NCBI RefSeq assembly: GCF_009914755.1 | Contig: NC_060947.1 | Reading direction: 5' to 3' (one strand) | Origin: the human T2T-CHM13v2.0 reference genome, Homo sapiens | Length of the DNA: 64,000 nucleotides | Shown here: positions 1-21,847 of the stretch, in pieces | Position numbering within the stretch: the first letter of the stretch is position 1 | Layout: each line of letters starts with the position of its first letter | The notes under the pieces: generated by a model | What the model was told of the DNA's origin: nothing | What the model saw: only the letters and a program-made list of their open reading frames with translations | Databases searched by the model: none | Position numbers and translations under genes: made by a program

Positions 1-309
1 TTCGTCATGTAGTTCTCATGCCATGGTTTTCAGCTCCATCAGGTCCTTTAAGGACTTCTCTGCATTGGTTATTCTAGTTAGCCATTCGTCTAATCTTTTT
101 TCAAGTTTTTAAACTTCTTTGCCATGGTTTTGAACCTCCTGCTTTAGCTCAGAGAAGTTTGATCTTCTGAAGCCTTCTTCTCTCACCTCATCAAAGTCAT
201 TCTCCATCCAGCTTTGTTCCATTGCTGGTGAGGAGCTTCATTCCTTTGGAAGAGGAGAGGCACTCTAATTTTTAGAATTTTCAGCTTTTCTGCTCTGTTT
301 TTTCCCCAT
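1..309 (-). pseudogene. L1 ORF1p N-terminus, inactivated
   Basis: ATG GGG AAA AAA CAG AGC AGA AAA GCT GAA AAT TCT AAA AAT TAG: premature stop at codon 15 (267-265). Confidence 0.9.
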
Positions 310-884
310 CTTTGTGGTTTTATCTACCTTTGGTCTTTGATGATGGTGATGGACAGATTGGGTTTTGGTGTGGATGTCCTTTCTGTTTGTTAGTTTTTCT
401 TCTAACAATCAGGACCCTCAGCTGCAGGTCTGTTGGAGTTTGCTGGAGGTCCACTCCAGACCCTGTTTGCCTGGGTATCAGCAGCAGAGGCTGCAGAACA
501 GTGGATATTGGTGAACAGCAAATGTTGCTGCTTGATTGTTCCTCTGGAAATTTCGTTTCAGAGGGGTACCCAGCTGTGTAAGGTGTCAGTCTGCCCCTAC
601 TGGGGGGTGCCTCCCAGTTAGGCTGCTCGGGGGCCAGAGACCCACTTGAGGAGGCAGTCTGTGTGTTCTCAGATCTCAAGCTGCGTGTTGGGATAACCAC
701 TACTCTCTTCCAAGCTGTCAGACAGGGACATTTAATTCTGCAGAGGTTTCTGCTGCCTTTTGTTCGTCTATGCCCTGCCCCCAGAGGTGGAGTCTACAGA
801 GGCAGGCAGGCCTCCTTGAGCTGTGGTGGGCTCCACCCAGTTCAAGCTTTCTGTCCAGTTTGTTTACCTACTTAAGCTTCAGCA

Positions 885-1244
885 ATGGCAGGCGCCCCTC
901 CCCCAGCCTTGCTGCCATCTTGCAGTTTGATCTCAGACTGCTGTGCTAGCAATGAGCGAGGCTCCGTGGGCATAGGACCCTCTGAGCCAGGTGCGGGATA
1001 TAATCTCCTTGTGTGCCTTTTGCTAAGACCATTGGAAAAGTGCAGTATTAGGGTGGGAGTGACCCGATTTTCCAGGTACCATCTGTCACCCCTTTCCTTG
1101 GCTAGGAAAGTGAATTCCCTGACCCCTTGCGCTTCCTGGGTGAGGCGATGCCTCACCTTGCTGCGGCTCATGCTTGGTGCACTGCACCCACTGTTCTGCA
1201 CCCACTGTCCTGCACCCACTATCAGACAAACCCCAGTGAGATGA
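885..1244 (+). CDS. ORF0: L1 ORF0 (antisense ORF of the primate L1 5'UTR), open for 119 codons; expression unknown
   Basis: MAGAPPPALLPSCSLISDCCASNERGSVGIGPSEPGAGY matches the known L1 ORF0 N-terminus. Kozak context GCAATGG. Splice donors CAG|GT at 991 and 1076. Confidence 0.7.
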   Translation: MAGAPPPALLPSCSLISDCCASNERGSVGIGPSEPGAGYNLLVCLLLRPLEKCSIRVGVTRFSRYHLSPLSLARKVNSLTPCASWVRRCLTLLRLMLGALHPLFCTHCPAPTIRQTPVR

Positions 1245-1331
1245 ACCCAGTACCTCAGTTGGAAATGCAGAAATCATCTGTCTTCTGCATCACTCACGCT
1301 GGGAGCTGTAGACTGGAGCTGTTCCTATTCA

Positions 1332-1340
1332 GCCATCTTG
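1332..1340 (-). promoter_or_regulatory. YY1 site of the L1 sense promoter
   Basis: CAAGATGGC on the minus strand at the canonical position near the L1 5' end. Confidence 0.75.
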
Positions 1341-1347
1341 GAACCCC

Positions 1348-4300
1348 TGGAATATACTTTTTTATTGCTGATTGTGTTTATTTGCATCTTCTCCCTTTTA
1401 TGGTTAATTTAGCTACCAGTCTATCAATTTAATATCTTTTGTTCTGCAGTCCAAATTACATCCAGTATTTTTTGGTTGATTTTCTGCCTTGATGATCTGT
1501 CTAGCACTATTGGTGCAGTGTTAAAGTCACACACTATAATTAGTTTATCATCTGTCTCTTTTCTTAGATCTAGTAGTATTTGTTTTATGAATCTAGGTGA
1601 TCCAGTGCTGAGCACACATATATTTAGGATTGTTACATTTTCTTGTTACACTGATTCCTTTTTCATTATATAAAGACCTTCTTTGTCTTTTCGTTACTAT
1701 TGTTGATTTAAAGCACTTTTTTTAATTTTTTTACTTTTTTAAATTATACTTTAAGTTCTGGGTCACATGTACATAATGTGCAGGTTTGTTACATAGGTGC
1801 CATGGTGGTTTGCTGCACCCATCAACCCGTAACCTATATTAGGTATTTCTCCTCATGTTATCCCTCCCCTAGGCCCCTACCCCCTGACAGGCCCCAATAT
1901 ATGATGTTCCCCTCCCTATATCCATGTGTTCTCATTGTTCAACTCCCACTTGTGAGTGAGAACATGCAGTGTTTCATTTTCTGTTCTTGTGATAGTTTGC
2001 TGAGAATGATGGTTTCCAGCTACATCCATGTCCCTGCAAAGGACATGAATTCATCGTTGTTTACGGCTGCACAGTATTCCATGGTGGATATAAGCCACAT
2101 TTTCTTTATCCAGTCTATTATTGATGGACATTTGGATTGTTTCCAAGTCTTTGCTATTGTGAATAGTGCCACAATAAGCATATGTGTGCATGTGTCTTTA
2201 TAGTAGAATGATTTATAATCCTTTGGGTATATACCCAGTAATGGGATTGCTGGGTCAAATGGTATTTCTAGCTCTGGATGCTTGAGGAATCGCCACACTG
2301 TCTTCCACAATGGTTGAACTAATTTACACTTCCACCAACAGTGTGAGTGTAAAAGCATCCCTATTTCTCCACATCCTCTCCAGCATCTGTTTCCTGACTT
2401 TTTAATGATTGCCATTCTAACTGGCATGAGATGGTATCTCATTGTGGTTTTGATTTGCATTTATCTAATGACCAGTGATGATAAGCATTTTTTCATGTTT
2501 GTTGGCTGCATAATCTACTTTTGAGAAGTGTCTGTTCATATCCTTTGCCCACTTTTTGATGGGGCTGTTTGTTTTTTTCTTGTAAATTTGTTTAAATTCT
2601 TTGTAGATTCTGGATATTAGCCCTTTGTCAGATGGATAGATTGCAAAAATTTTCTCCCATTCTGTAGGCTGTTCACTCTGATGATAGTTTCTTTTGCTGT
2701 GCAGAAGCTATTTAGTTTCATTACATCCCATTTTTCTGTTATGGCCTTTGTTGTCATTGCTTTTGATGTTTTACACATGAAGTCTTTGCCCATGCTTATG
2801 TCCTGAATGGTATTGCTCAAGTTTTCCTCTAGGATGTTTTATATAAATGCAACTACTCCTGCTTTCTTTTGTTTTTCATTTGCATGGAAGATATTTTTCC
2901 ACTCTTTTAGCATGAGTCTGTAACTGTCTTTACCAGTTAAGTTGGTTTCTTGCAGGCAGCATGTAATTGGATCCTACTTTTTTATCCATACTGCCATACT
3001 GCCAATCTGTATCTTTTAAGTGGGGATATTTAGTTCATTTATCTTCAAGATTAATATAGGTGTGTAAGCTTTTGTTCTTGTCATAATCTCCTAGTTACTT
3101 CGTGGTATCAATTCTGTAATTGTTTTAGAAGATCTGTGAATTTTATACTTTTGTGTGTTGATATGATGGTGCATATCAACATTTTATTTTCATATTTAGA
3201 TCTTCTTTGAGCATTTCTTGTAGTCAGTCTAGTAGTGACAAATTTCCTTTGCATTTGATTTTCTGGGAAAAGACTTTGTTTCTTCTTTATGCATAAAGCT
3301 TAGTAACGAAGGAAACAAAATTTTTGTCTGACAGTTGTTTTGTTTAAGAAGAATGAAAATAGAACTGCAATCTCTTCTGGCTTTTAAGATTTCTGCTGAG
3401 AAGTCCATTGTTAGTCTGATGGAATTTCCTTTATAAGTGATTAGACACTTTTGTTTTGCTGGTCTTAGGATTTTTTTCTTTACATTGACTTTAGATAATC
3501 TGATAACCATATGCCTTAGTGAAATCTATCTTGAAGTGTGTCTTTCTGGAGCTCTCTGAGCTTCTGTTACCAAAATGTCCATATCTCTGGAAAGACTATA
3601 GATGTTTTCCTGTATTATTTCATCGAATGAGCTTTCCAAAGTTTTTACTTTATTTCTTCTTCTCCCAAGGAATACTTATAACTTGTAGGCTTGGGCATTT
3701 TACATAATTCTATATTTCTGAAAGCCTTTGTTTATTTTTAATTTGTTTTCATTATTTTTTCTTACTGAGTTAATTTGAAAGACCTGCCTTAAGCCCTGAT
3801 TTTTTTCTTCTGCTTTGTCTAGTCAATTGTTAAAGCTTTTAATAGTATTTTGTTTCCTTTAATTTTTTTTTATTTTCAGAAGTTCTGTTAAATATATATA
3901 TAGGTTTGTGTGTGTGTGTCTGTGTGTATCTTTTCAGTGAATTTTTCCTTCATATCCTGAAGTGCTTTTCTCATTTCTGTTTTTTCAAACTTTCTCTTGG
4001 ATATCATAGAGCTTTCTTAAGATCAATATTTTAATTTTGTTCTGATATTTCAAAGATTTCATTTTGTTTAAAATTTTTTCTAAAAATCTTATGTGATCCA
4101 TTGTTGGTGTTGCAACACTCTGTGTTTTCTTACTTCCAGAATCGTTTCCGGGGTTCCTTTTCATCAGTCTGATTATTATTTTTGAATTACTTTCTTTTTG
4201 ATAGTATTTTTTTTCCATGAGCATGTAAGTTTAATGTATGTCATGTAGGTCCTTTTGTCTTTGGTTCTGGGTTCTTTCATTGACAAGGGTCTGCATGAGT

Positions 4301-5690
4301 TTCTTGGTTATAGATAGCTTTTGTGTGGTTTCTTTAATAAATGTTGGTTACAGTAGTAATGTACTGGGTGTGGGAGCAGGCCCACTGCCTCTGGTGGGGC
4401 TGGTATAGTGGAGATCTCAGGAAGCTTATCTCATTCCCCAGTGCATCCCCCATTGCACTTCTATCAGGAGTTTGCATCGAATTATGCATTTCAACCTCCA
4501 TACCAGTAGGTGGTGCTTGTGGGTAAGAACCAACCAAACACTGTGCAATAGTGTCAGCAGATGTTGTAATGGGCTTTGCAGGTGGACCTCCTGGCCAGTA
4601 AATGACATTTGCTGGAGAGAAGCAGTTGCAGTGGTGGCAGTGAGATTTTTGGAACTTTTCTAGCAAGGAGAACTCCTCTGGTTTACGAGGTGATGTACGG
4701 GGCTGTGGAACTCTTAGGAGTCTCTGTCCTAGTTTTTGCCATTGAGACAGGTAGGGGAAGAAAAGGCTGGGTAGGTCTGGGTTGGGCAAGCCTGTGCCCA
4801 GGCTCCTTAACAGCAGCTGCAAGCACAGACCCTAATGGGTTTCCAGAGCATTTATCAAGCCACTGTAACAAATTTCCAGGGAGGGGTGGAAGCATCTTTT
4901 GCATGCCAAAGAGCCCACACAGAGACAGATGGGTTGCCCAGTTTCTACTGTCCAGCAGTTGATATTGAGACTCTCCTACCTCTCATGCTTCTGACCAAGT
5001 GGGTTTCCAACCAGTGTCTGGCTACTGGTAGCTGGCCAAAACTTTTCACACAGACCGAAGTGGTCTAAATTAGAGATTGTGAAAGCACCCCAGGCTGCAA
5101 AACTCTTGCCCTGGGCAGAAATTGCAGCTCCTAGGCCACACCCTTCCTGGTCCAGTTTAGTGAAGAATGTGGTCCTCAGCTCCTTTGCCACAGCATAAAC
5201 TCATGCTATACTCTCTTCTTAGTTCTGACTATGGTGGGTCCTCCTCCACTAGAGATTGGATCACAAATCTTATTCGTAGGACCCTGGATGGCATGCCCAA
5301 TTATCGGAGGGATGGGATCATGTCAGTGAAGTTGTCCACAGGTCTACTGGGTTCAGGAGGTGGCTGTGATAGAAAGGGGCAGGCTGGTCCCAGGCCACCT
5401 ATGGAATATTCAGGTAGGGCAATAATGGTTGCATTCTGGGCCTTCCACAAGGAAGAGCAGGCCCCTCTCAGAACGAACATCTAGGCAAACAACTTTGAGG
5501 GAGGTAGGCAGGTGTGAGGCATGTGGTTTGTTTGCATGTTGGTCTCTCAGTAGCCTGCAGTAGCAGTAGCAGTATTTATACTTGGGGTGCATGAAAGTGC
5601 TCATCCTCATTTTTCCCTCCCTGGCACAGTAGCTGATGGCAGCAGCAGCATCCCCAGGGCAGGATGCAGAGCTTTTGGAGATGGGCTCTC
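1348..5690 (-). mobile_element. Old L1 (L1M/L1PB-type): ORF2 endonuclease remnant, ORF1 and 5' region; internal deletion near 1430; interrupted by L1PA at 1717-2833
   Basis: ORF 1424..1615 is EN-like (IIVCDFNTAPIVLDRSSRQKIN). ORF 3229..3510 is ORF1-like (ITYKGNSIRLTMDFSAE). GC-richer 5' region at about 4350-5690. Confidence 0.8.
1717..2833 (-). mobile_element. 5'-truncated L1PA (PA7/PA8-like) 3' fragment
   Basis: Poly-T tail, L1 3'UTR and ORF2 C-terminus ([11 protein letters not shown]...[12 protein letters not shown] 2020..2460). Confidence 0.92.
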
Positions 5691-5714
5691 AGCATATCAA
5701 TTTATTATTAGAAT

Positions 5715-5785
5715 TTGAGGTGATATATAGAAAATGCCTATCAAGGTGTATGTCACATACTGAGTACTCAATAAACAGTAGCAGC
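5715..5785 (+). mobile_element. Possible MIR 3' fragment
   Basis: CACATACTGAGTACTCAATAAACAGTAGC resembles the MIR 3' end. Confidence 0.35.
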
Positions 5786-5934
5786 ATACTGTTTGAAATA
5801 ATGGAATCCAATGAGTCATGGAATCAAAGAATCTCAACATTTTGAGATATTTTAGCTGCCATCTGGCATGGCAGTTCTAGTTTTCCAGTGTCACAATAAG
5901 TAAGACTAAAACATTAACATTTTGAGAACAAGCA

Positions 5935-6316
5935 CATGTATACTTTGGAGATAATTTGGGTTTAGTTCCAACACGTTGCAATAAAGTGACTATTGCAATA
6001 AAACAAGTCACACAATTATTTCAGTTTTCCAGTACATATAAAAGTTATATTTACTCCACATCATAGTGTATTAAGTGTACAGTAGCACTATGTCTAAAAA
6101 GTACATATATTAATTTTTAAAATACTGCTGCAAAAACTAATGATCATCTGAGACTTCAGTGAGTGATAATCTTTTACTGGAACTTTGCCTTAATGTTGAT
6201 GACTGCTGACTGATGAGCCTGGTGGTTCCTAGAGATTGAGTTGCCTGTGGCAATTCCTGAAAATAAGACAATTAAGTTTATCAGGTGGATTGAGTCTTCC
6301 TTGCATTGAATATTTC
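5935..6316 (-). mobile_element. Tigger1 DNA transposon, piece 1 (3' end with TIR)
   Basis: CATGTATACTTTGGAGATA...GCAATAAAGTGACTATTGCAATAAAACAAGTCACAC matches the Tigger1 terminal region. Confidence 0.88.
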
Positions 6317-13172
<6,856 letters not shown>

Positions 13173-13248
13173 AAATATTTCTTTATCACATGTGATGCTA
13201 TTTCATAGCATTTTACACACAGTAGAACTTTTTTCACAACTGCAATCA
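13173..13248 (-). mobile_element. Tigger1 piece 2 (about 75 bp between two L1s)
   Basis: TGTGATGCTATTTCATAGCATTTTACACACAGTAGAACTT continues Tigger1 from where piece 1 stops. Confidence 0.85.
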
Positions 13249-15989
13249 CAGAGGGCTAAGATGGCCAACTAGATGCAGCCAGGAAGAGCTTCTCCCAGTG
13301 AAAGTCATCAGAACATCAAGTAGACCAGCATAATCCAAACAGATCTTTGGAAACAAGGCATTGAGAGTGGATGCAGGGTGGATGCAGAGCCTAGGTTGAA
13401 AGAGCTAGCAAGTGGGAAGGCTGCACATAATTGACAGACACCAGGACTTTTTCCTGGCACTGAGAAACTTCTAGGGAAGTAGTGTGTTATATAGGCCTGG
13501 AGTGGCCATTCTCATCATAGGCCTCCAGAATCCTAGCTGTGGAGAACCTATGGCCCCCACAGATGTCTGAACTGGAAAAGAGATCTTCCTAGAGAGTTGG
13601 CAGAGAAAGAATTACAGAGAATTTGTATGGGAATGGCTGTGGTGGAGCCATTCTGTGAATCCTTACCATAATCCTTTAGGATGCTCTAACCTTTGTTGGC
13701 TTAAACCTGAGTTTTCAGAGAACAAAGCTGCAAGCCTGGTCCCAGACTTCCAAGGTTAGAGCACATACACTAGGAGTGTTGAGCTGAGTCTTGGCTCCCT
13801 GAAATCATCCATAAATGAAGCCAATCAACTAAACCCAACTTTTACAAAAGTTAAACCCGCAAGGACATAAAATAATATTAATATAATAGCAAAAACCTCT
13901 ATCCAAAAGACAGCAACTTCAAAAATTTAACGTCAGCCAACACAGATGTGAAAGAACCAGTGCAAGAACTCTGGTAACTAAAAGCCAGAGTGTCTTCCCA
14001 CCTCCAAATGACCACACTAGCTCCTCAGCAATGGACCTTACCAGTATGAAATTGCTGGGGTGACAGACCTAGAATTCAGGATCTGGATGAAAAGAAATTT
14101 CATAGACATACAGGAGAAGGTTGAAACTAAATCCAAGGAATACGGTAAATTTGTCCAAGAGTTGAAAGATTATATAGCCTTCTTAAGAAAGAACCAAAAT
14201 GAATTTCTGAAAAAAAAAAAAATCACTGCAGGAAATTTAGAATATGATTAGAAGCATTAATAATAGAAATGACCAATCTCAGGAAATAATCTCAGAGCAT
14301 GGAAATCACTCCCTCAACTCAACAAAGTGAGAGAAAACTTACAAAAATTAAAAAATGAACAAAACTTCCGAGAAATATGTTATTATGTAAACGGACCAAA
14401 GGTACAAATCACTGGCATTCCTGAAAGAGATGGAGAGAGAGCAAGCAAATTGGGAAATATATTTGAGGATATTATAAAAAATTTGCTCGGCTTCACTAGA
14501 GAGGTTGAGATGCAAATATAGAAAATTCAGAGAACTGCTGAGAGACACTATGAAAGAGGACAATCCCCAAGACACATTGCCATCAAATTCTCTAAGTCAA
14601 CATAAAAGAAAAAATCTCAAAGATAGCTAGAGAGAAGGGACATCAATACAAAGGCAACCCTATCAGGCTGACAGCAGAACTTTCAGTAGAAATCCTAAAA
14701 GCCAGAAGAAGAGATGGAGGGCTTAAACTCAGCATCCTTAAGGAAAACAAATCCAATCATGAATTTCATATCCAGCCAAAGGAAGCTTCATAAGAGAAGA
14801 AATAAAATTCTTTTCAGACAAGCAAATGCTAAGAGCATTCATTGCCACCAGTCCTGCTTTACAAGAGGCTCTAAAGGGAGAGCTAAACATGGAAATGAAA
14901 TACTGCTACCAGCCACTACAAAAACACATTTAAGTACATAGCCCACTGACACTATAAAGCAACTATACAATCAAGTCTACATAACAACCAGCTAATAACA
15001 TGATGGCAGGATCAAATTGTCACATATCAATATTAACCATGTATGTAAATGGGCTCAATGGCCCACTTAAAAGACGGTGAGTGGCAAGTTGGAAAAAAAA
15101 GCAAGACACGATTGTATGCTGTCTTTCAGGGACCAATCTCACATGAAATTGCATCCATAGGCTCAAAGTGAAGGGATGGAGAATGATTTACCAAGCAAGT
15201 CGAAAACAAAACAAAAAAAGAGCAGAGGTTGCTATTCTTAATTTAGACAAAACAGACTTTAAACTAACAATGATTAAAAGGGACAAGAAAGAAAATTACA
15301 TAAAGGGTGCAATTAAACAAGACGACTTAACTATCCTAAATATATGTGCACCCAACACTGGAGCACCAAGATTAATAAAACAAGTTCTTAGAGATGTACA
15401 AAGGGACTTAACTAACCACACAATAATAGTGGGAGACTTCAATACCCCACTGACAATATTAGACAGATCATCAAGGCAGGAAACTAGCAAAAATATTCAG
15501 GAACTTAACTTGATACTTGACCAAATGGACCTAAAAGACATCCACACGATACTCCATGTAACAACAACAGAATAAAATACATTTTTCTCATCTGCACATA
15601 GTACATATTCTAAGATCATGTTCAACCATAAAGCAATCTTTAAAAAATGCAACCCCCAAAATAATACCAACCACACTACCATCTCAGAGCACAGTGCAAC
15701 AAAAATAGAAATAGATACCAATAACATCTCCCCAAACCATAAAATTACATGGAAAGTAAACAACCTGCTTCCAAATGACATTTGGGTAAACAATGAAATT
15801 AAGGAGAAAATGAAAAAAAAATTCTTTGCAACTAATGAAATAAAGATACAATATAGCAGAATCTCTGGGACACAGGTGTTAAGAGAAAAGTTTATAGTGC
15901 TAAACACCTACATCAAGGAGTTGGAAATATCTCAAGTTAACAACTTAACATCACAACTAGAAGATCAAGGAAAAAAAGAGAAAATTAAC

Positions 15990-18269
15990 TGATATGGTTT
16001 GGTTGTGTCCCCACCTGAATCTCAACTTGAATTTTATCTCCTAGAATTCCCACATGTTGTGGGAGGGACCCAGGTGTAGGCAATTGAATCACTGGGGCTG
16101 GTCATTCCCATGCTATTCTCGTGATAGTGAATAAATCTCACGAGGTCTGATGGGTTTATCAGGGGTTTCTGCTTTTGCTTCTTTCTCATTTTCTCTTGCT
16201 GCTGCCATGTAAGAAGTGCCTTTCACCTCCCACCGTGATTCTGAAGCCTCTCCAGCCATGTGGAACTGTAAGTCCAATTAAACCTCTTTTTCTTCCCAGT
16301 CTCAGGTATGTCTTCATCAGCATTATGCAAACAGACTAATATAGTAAATTGGTACCAGTGGAGTGAGGCGCTGCTGAAAAGATACCTGAAAATGTGGAAG
16401 CTACTTTGGAACTGGGTAACAGGCACAGGATGGAACAGTTTGGAGGGTTCAGAAGAAGACAGGAAAATATGGGAGAGTTTGGAACTTCCTAGAGACTTGT
16501 TGAATGGCTTTGACAAAAATGCTGATAGTGATATGAACAATAAGGCTCAGGTTGAGGTGGTCTCAGATGGACATGAGGAACTTGTTGGGAACTGGAGCAA
16601 AGGTGAGTCTCATGTTTTTGCAAAGAGACTGGCAGCATTTTGCCCCTGCCCTAGAGATTTGTGGAACTTTGAACTTGAGAGGGATGATTTAGGGTATCTG
16701 GTGGAAGAAATTTCTAAGCAGCAAAGCATTCTAAAGGTGACTTGGTTGCTGTTAAAAGCATTCCATTTTAAAAGGGAAACAGAGCATAAAAGTTCAGAAA
16801 ATTTGCAGCCTGAAGATGCAGTAGAAAAGAAAAATCAATTTTTTTGAGGAGAAATTCAAGCTGGCTGAAGAAATTTGCATAAGTGGCAAGGAGACTAAAG
16901 TTAATCCCCAAGACTGTGGGGAAAATGTCCCCAAGCCATGTCAGAGACCTTCACGGCAGCCCTCCCCTCACAAGCCCAGAGGCCCAGGAGAAAAAAGTGA
17001 TTTTGTGGGCCAAGCCCAGGGTGCCCGTGCAATTTGCAGCCTAGAGACTTGGTGCCCTGCATCCCAGCTGCTCCAGCCATGGCTGAAAATGGACAACCTA
17101 GAGCTCAGACTGTGGCTTCAGAGGGTGGATGCCCCTAGCCTTGGCAGCTTCCATGTGGTGTTGAGCCTGCAGTTGTACAGAAGTCAAGAACTGAAGTTTG
17201 GGAACCTCCACCTAGATTTCAGAAGATATATGGAAACGCCTGGATGCCCAGGCAAAAGTTTGCTGCAGGCACAGGGCTCTCATAGAGAACCTCTGCTAGG
17301 GCAGTTTGAAAGGGAAATGTGGGATCAGAGCCACCAAACAGAGTCTCTACTGGGGCACTGCCTAGTGGATTTGTGAGAAGAGGGCCACCGTCCTCCAGAC
17401 ACCAGAATGGTGGATGCTCCGACAGCTAGTGCTGTGTGCCTGGAAAAGCTGCAGAGTCTCAAAGCCAGGCCATGAAAGCAGCCAGGAGGGAGGCTGTATC
17501 CTACAAAGACACAGGGGCAGAGCTGCCCAAGAACATGGGAACCCACCTCTTGCATCAGCATGACTTGGATGTGGGAACTGTAGTCAAAGGAGATCATTTT
17601 GGAGCTTTAAAATTTGACTACCTTGCTGGATTTTGGACTTGCATAGACCCCATAACCCCTTTGTTTTGGCCAATTTCTCCCTTTTGGAATGCCTGTATTT
17701 ACCCCATACCTGTACCCCCATTGTATCTAGGAAGTAACTAGCTTGCTTTTGATTTACAGGCTTATAGGCGGAAGAGACTTGCTTTGTCTCAAATGAGACT
17801 TTGGATTATGGACTTTTGGGTTTAGGCTGAAATGAGTTAACACTTTGGGTACTATTGGGGAGAAATGATTAGTTTTGAAATGTAAAAACATGAGGCTTGG
17901 AGGGGCCGGGGTGGAATAATATGGTTTGGCTGTGTTCCCACCCAAATCTCAACTTGAATTTTATCTCCTAGAATTCCCACATGTTGTGGGAGGGACCCAG
18001 AGGGAGGTAATTGAATAATGGGGCCAGTTTTCCCCATGCTACTCTTGTGGTAGTGAATAAGTCTCATGAGATCTGATGGGTTTATCAGGGATTTCTGCTT
18101 TTGCTTCTTTCTCATTTTCACTTGCCACCGCCATGTAAAAAGTGCCTTTCATCTCCTGCCATGATTCTGAGGCCTCTCCAGCCATGTGGAACTGTAAGTC
18201 CAATTAAACCTATTTTTCTTTCCTGTCTCAGGTATGTCTTTATCAGCAGCATGAAAACAGAGTAATACA
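15990..18269 (+). mobile_element. Complete THE1A (MaLR) provirus: LTR 15990-16343, internal 16344-17916, LTR 17917-18269
   Basis: Two direct ~354-bp LTRs (T(G/A)ATATGGTTTGG...TAATA(T/C)A), purine-rich tract before the 3' LTR, and 5-bp TSD TTAAC/CTAAC. Confidence 0.95.
16308..16847 (+). pseudogene. THE1-int MaLR internal ORF remnant (179 codons open)
   Basis: WNSLEGSEEDRKIWESLELPRDLLNGFDKNADSD...LVEEISKQQS is typical THE1/MST internal ORF sequence; later frames are broken. Confidence 0.75.
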
Positions 18270-18806
18270 CTAACATAAAAGATAGCGGAAGAAAAAAAAT
18301 AAGCAAAACCAGAGCTGTGCTAAACAAAATTCAGACAGGAAAACAGATACAAAATGTCAACAAAAGCAAAAGTTTGTTATTTGAAACAATAAATAAGAAT
18401 TATACACAGCTAGCTAAATTAATAAAGAATAAGATAGAAGATCCAAATAAATGCAGTCAGAAACCACAAAGGTGATGTTATCATGAACCTCAAAGAAATA
18501 CAAAAAACCTCTCAGAGACTATTATGAACACCTCTGTGCATGCAAAATAGAAAATCTGAGAGAAATTGATAAATTCCTGGAAACATACAACCTCCCAAGT
18601 TTGAACCAGAAAGAAATTAAAATCCTGAACATATCAATAAGGAGTCCTGAAATTGAATAAATAATACAATCTTACAAAATCGGAAAAGCTCTGGAACAGA
18701 TAAATCCACAACAAAATACAACCAGATGTATAAAGAATAACTGATACAAATCGTATTGAAACTTTTTCAAAAAATCAAGGAGAATGGAATCCTTCCTAAC
18801 TCATTC

Positions 18807-20230
<1,424 letters not shown>

Positions 20231-21534
20231 TCAACATCCCTGATGAATTTAGGCAAAAAATCCTTAACAAAGTACTAGCAAATCAAATTCAGCAGCACAT
20301 CAAAAAGCTAATCTACCATAATGAAGTAGGCTTTACTCTCGGGAGGCAAGATTGGTTGAACATATGCAAATCAATAAATGACAATTATTACATAAACATA
20401 AGTAAATACAAAAATCTCATCATCTCAGTAGACATAAAGAAGGTTTTCAATAAAATTCAACATCACTTTATATTAAAAACCCTCAACAAACTAGGCATTA
20501 AAGGAACATACCTTAAAATAATGAGAGCCACCTATGATAAACCCACAGCCAACATCATACTGAATTAGCAAAGGCTGGACACATTCCTTCTGCCAACTGG
20601 CCAAATGCAAAGATACCAACTCTTACCACTGCTATTCAACATAGTACTGGAAGACTTAGCCAGAGCAGCTGGGCAAGACAAATAAAGAAAAGTCATCCGA
20701 ACAGGATTAGAGAAATTCAAACTATCTCTCTTCTCAGATGATATGATTCTATACCTAGAAAACCTCATAATCTCTGCACAAAGGCTTCTAGATCACAAAA
20801 ACAACTTTAGTACATTTTCAGGAAACGAAATCAATATACAAAAACCAGTAGCACTTTTATATACAAATAATGTCAAAACTGAGAGCCAAATCAAGAATTC
20901 AATTCCAGTCACCATGGCCACAAAAATAATAAAATATTTAGTGAAACATCTAACCAGGGAGTCGAAAGTTCTCTGCAAAAAGGACTACAAAACACTTCTG
21001 AAAGAAATCATGAATGACACAAACAAATGGAAAAACAATCCATACCCATGGATTGGAATAATCAATATTGTAAAAACGGCCATACATCCCAAAACAATTT
21101 ACAAGTTCAATGCTATTTCTATAAAACTACCAATGTCATTTTTCACATGATTGGAAAAAACTATTCTAAAATTCATATCAAACCAACAAATAACCCAAAT
21201 AAGAAAGGCAATCCTAAGCAAAAGGAACAAAGCTCGTGGCCCCAATATACCTGTCTTCAAACTATAATATAAGGTTATTGTAATCAAAACAGCATGGCAC
21301 TGATAGAAATCTAGACATGTAGACCAGTGAAACAGATTAGAGAACCCAGAAGTAAAGCTGAACACTCACAACTATCCGATTTTTGACAAAGCTGGCAATA
21401 ACGAGCAATGGAGAGAGAACTCCCTATTCAGTAAATGGTGCTGGGATAATTGGCTAGGAATATGCAGGAGACTGAAACTGGACACCTGTTTTTCAAAATA
21501 TACAAAAATCAACTCAAGAGCAATTAAAGACTTG

Positions 21535-21847
<313 letters not shown>

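Larger units (their letters stand above)
1..1347 (-). mobile_element. LINE-1 (L1PA4-PA6-like) 5' end: complete 5'UTR plus start of ORF1; continues off the left edge
   Basis: Minus strand begins GGGGTTCCAAGATGGCTGAATAGGAACAGCTCC (L1PA 5' terminus). 5'UTR is about 1038 nt. ORF1 ATG at 309 reads MGKKQSRKAENSKN. Confidence 0.95.
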
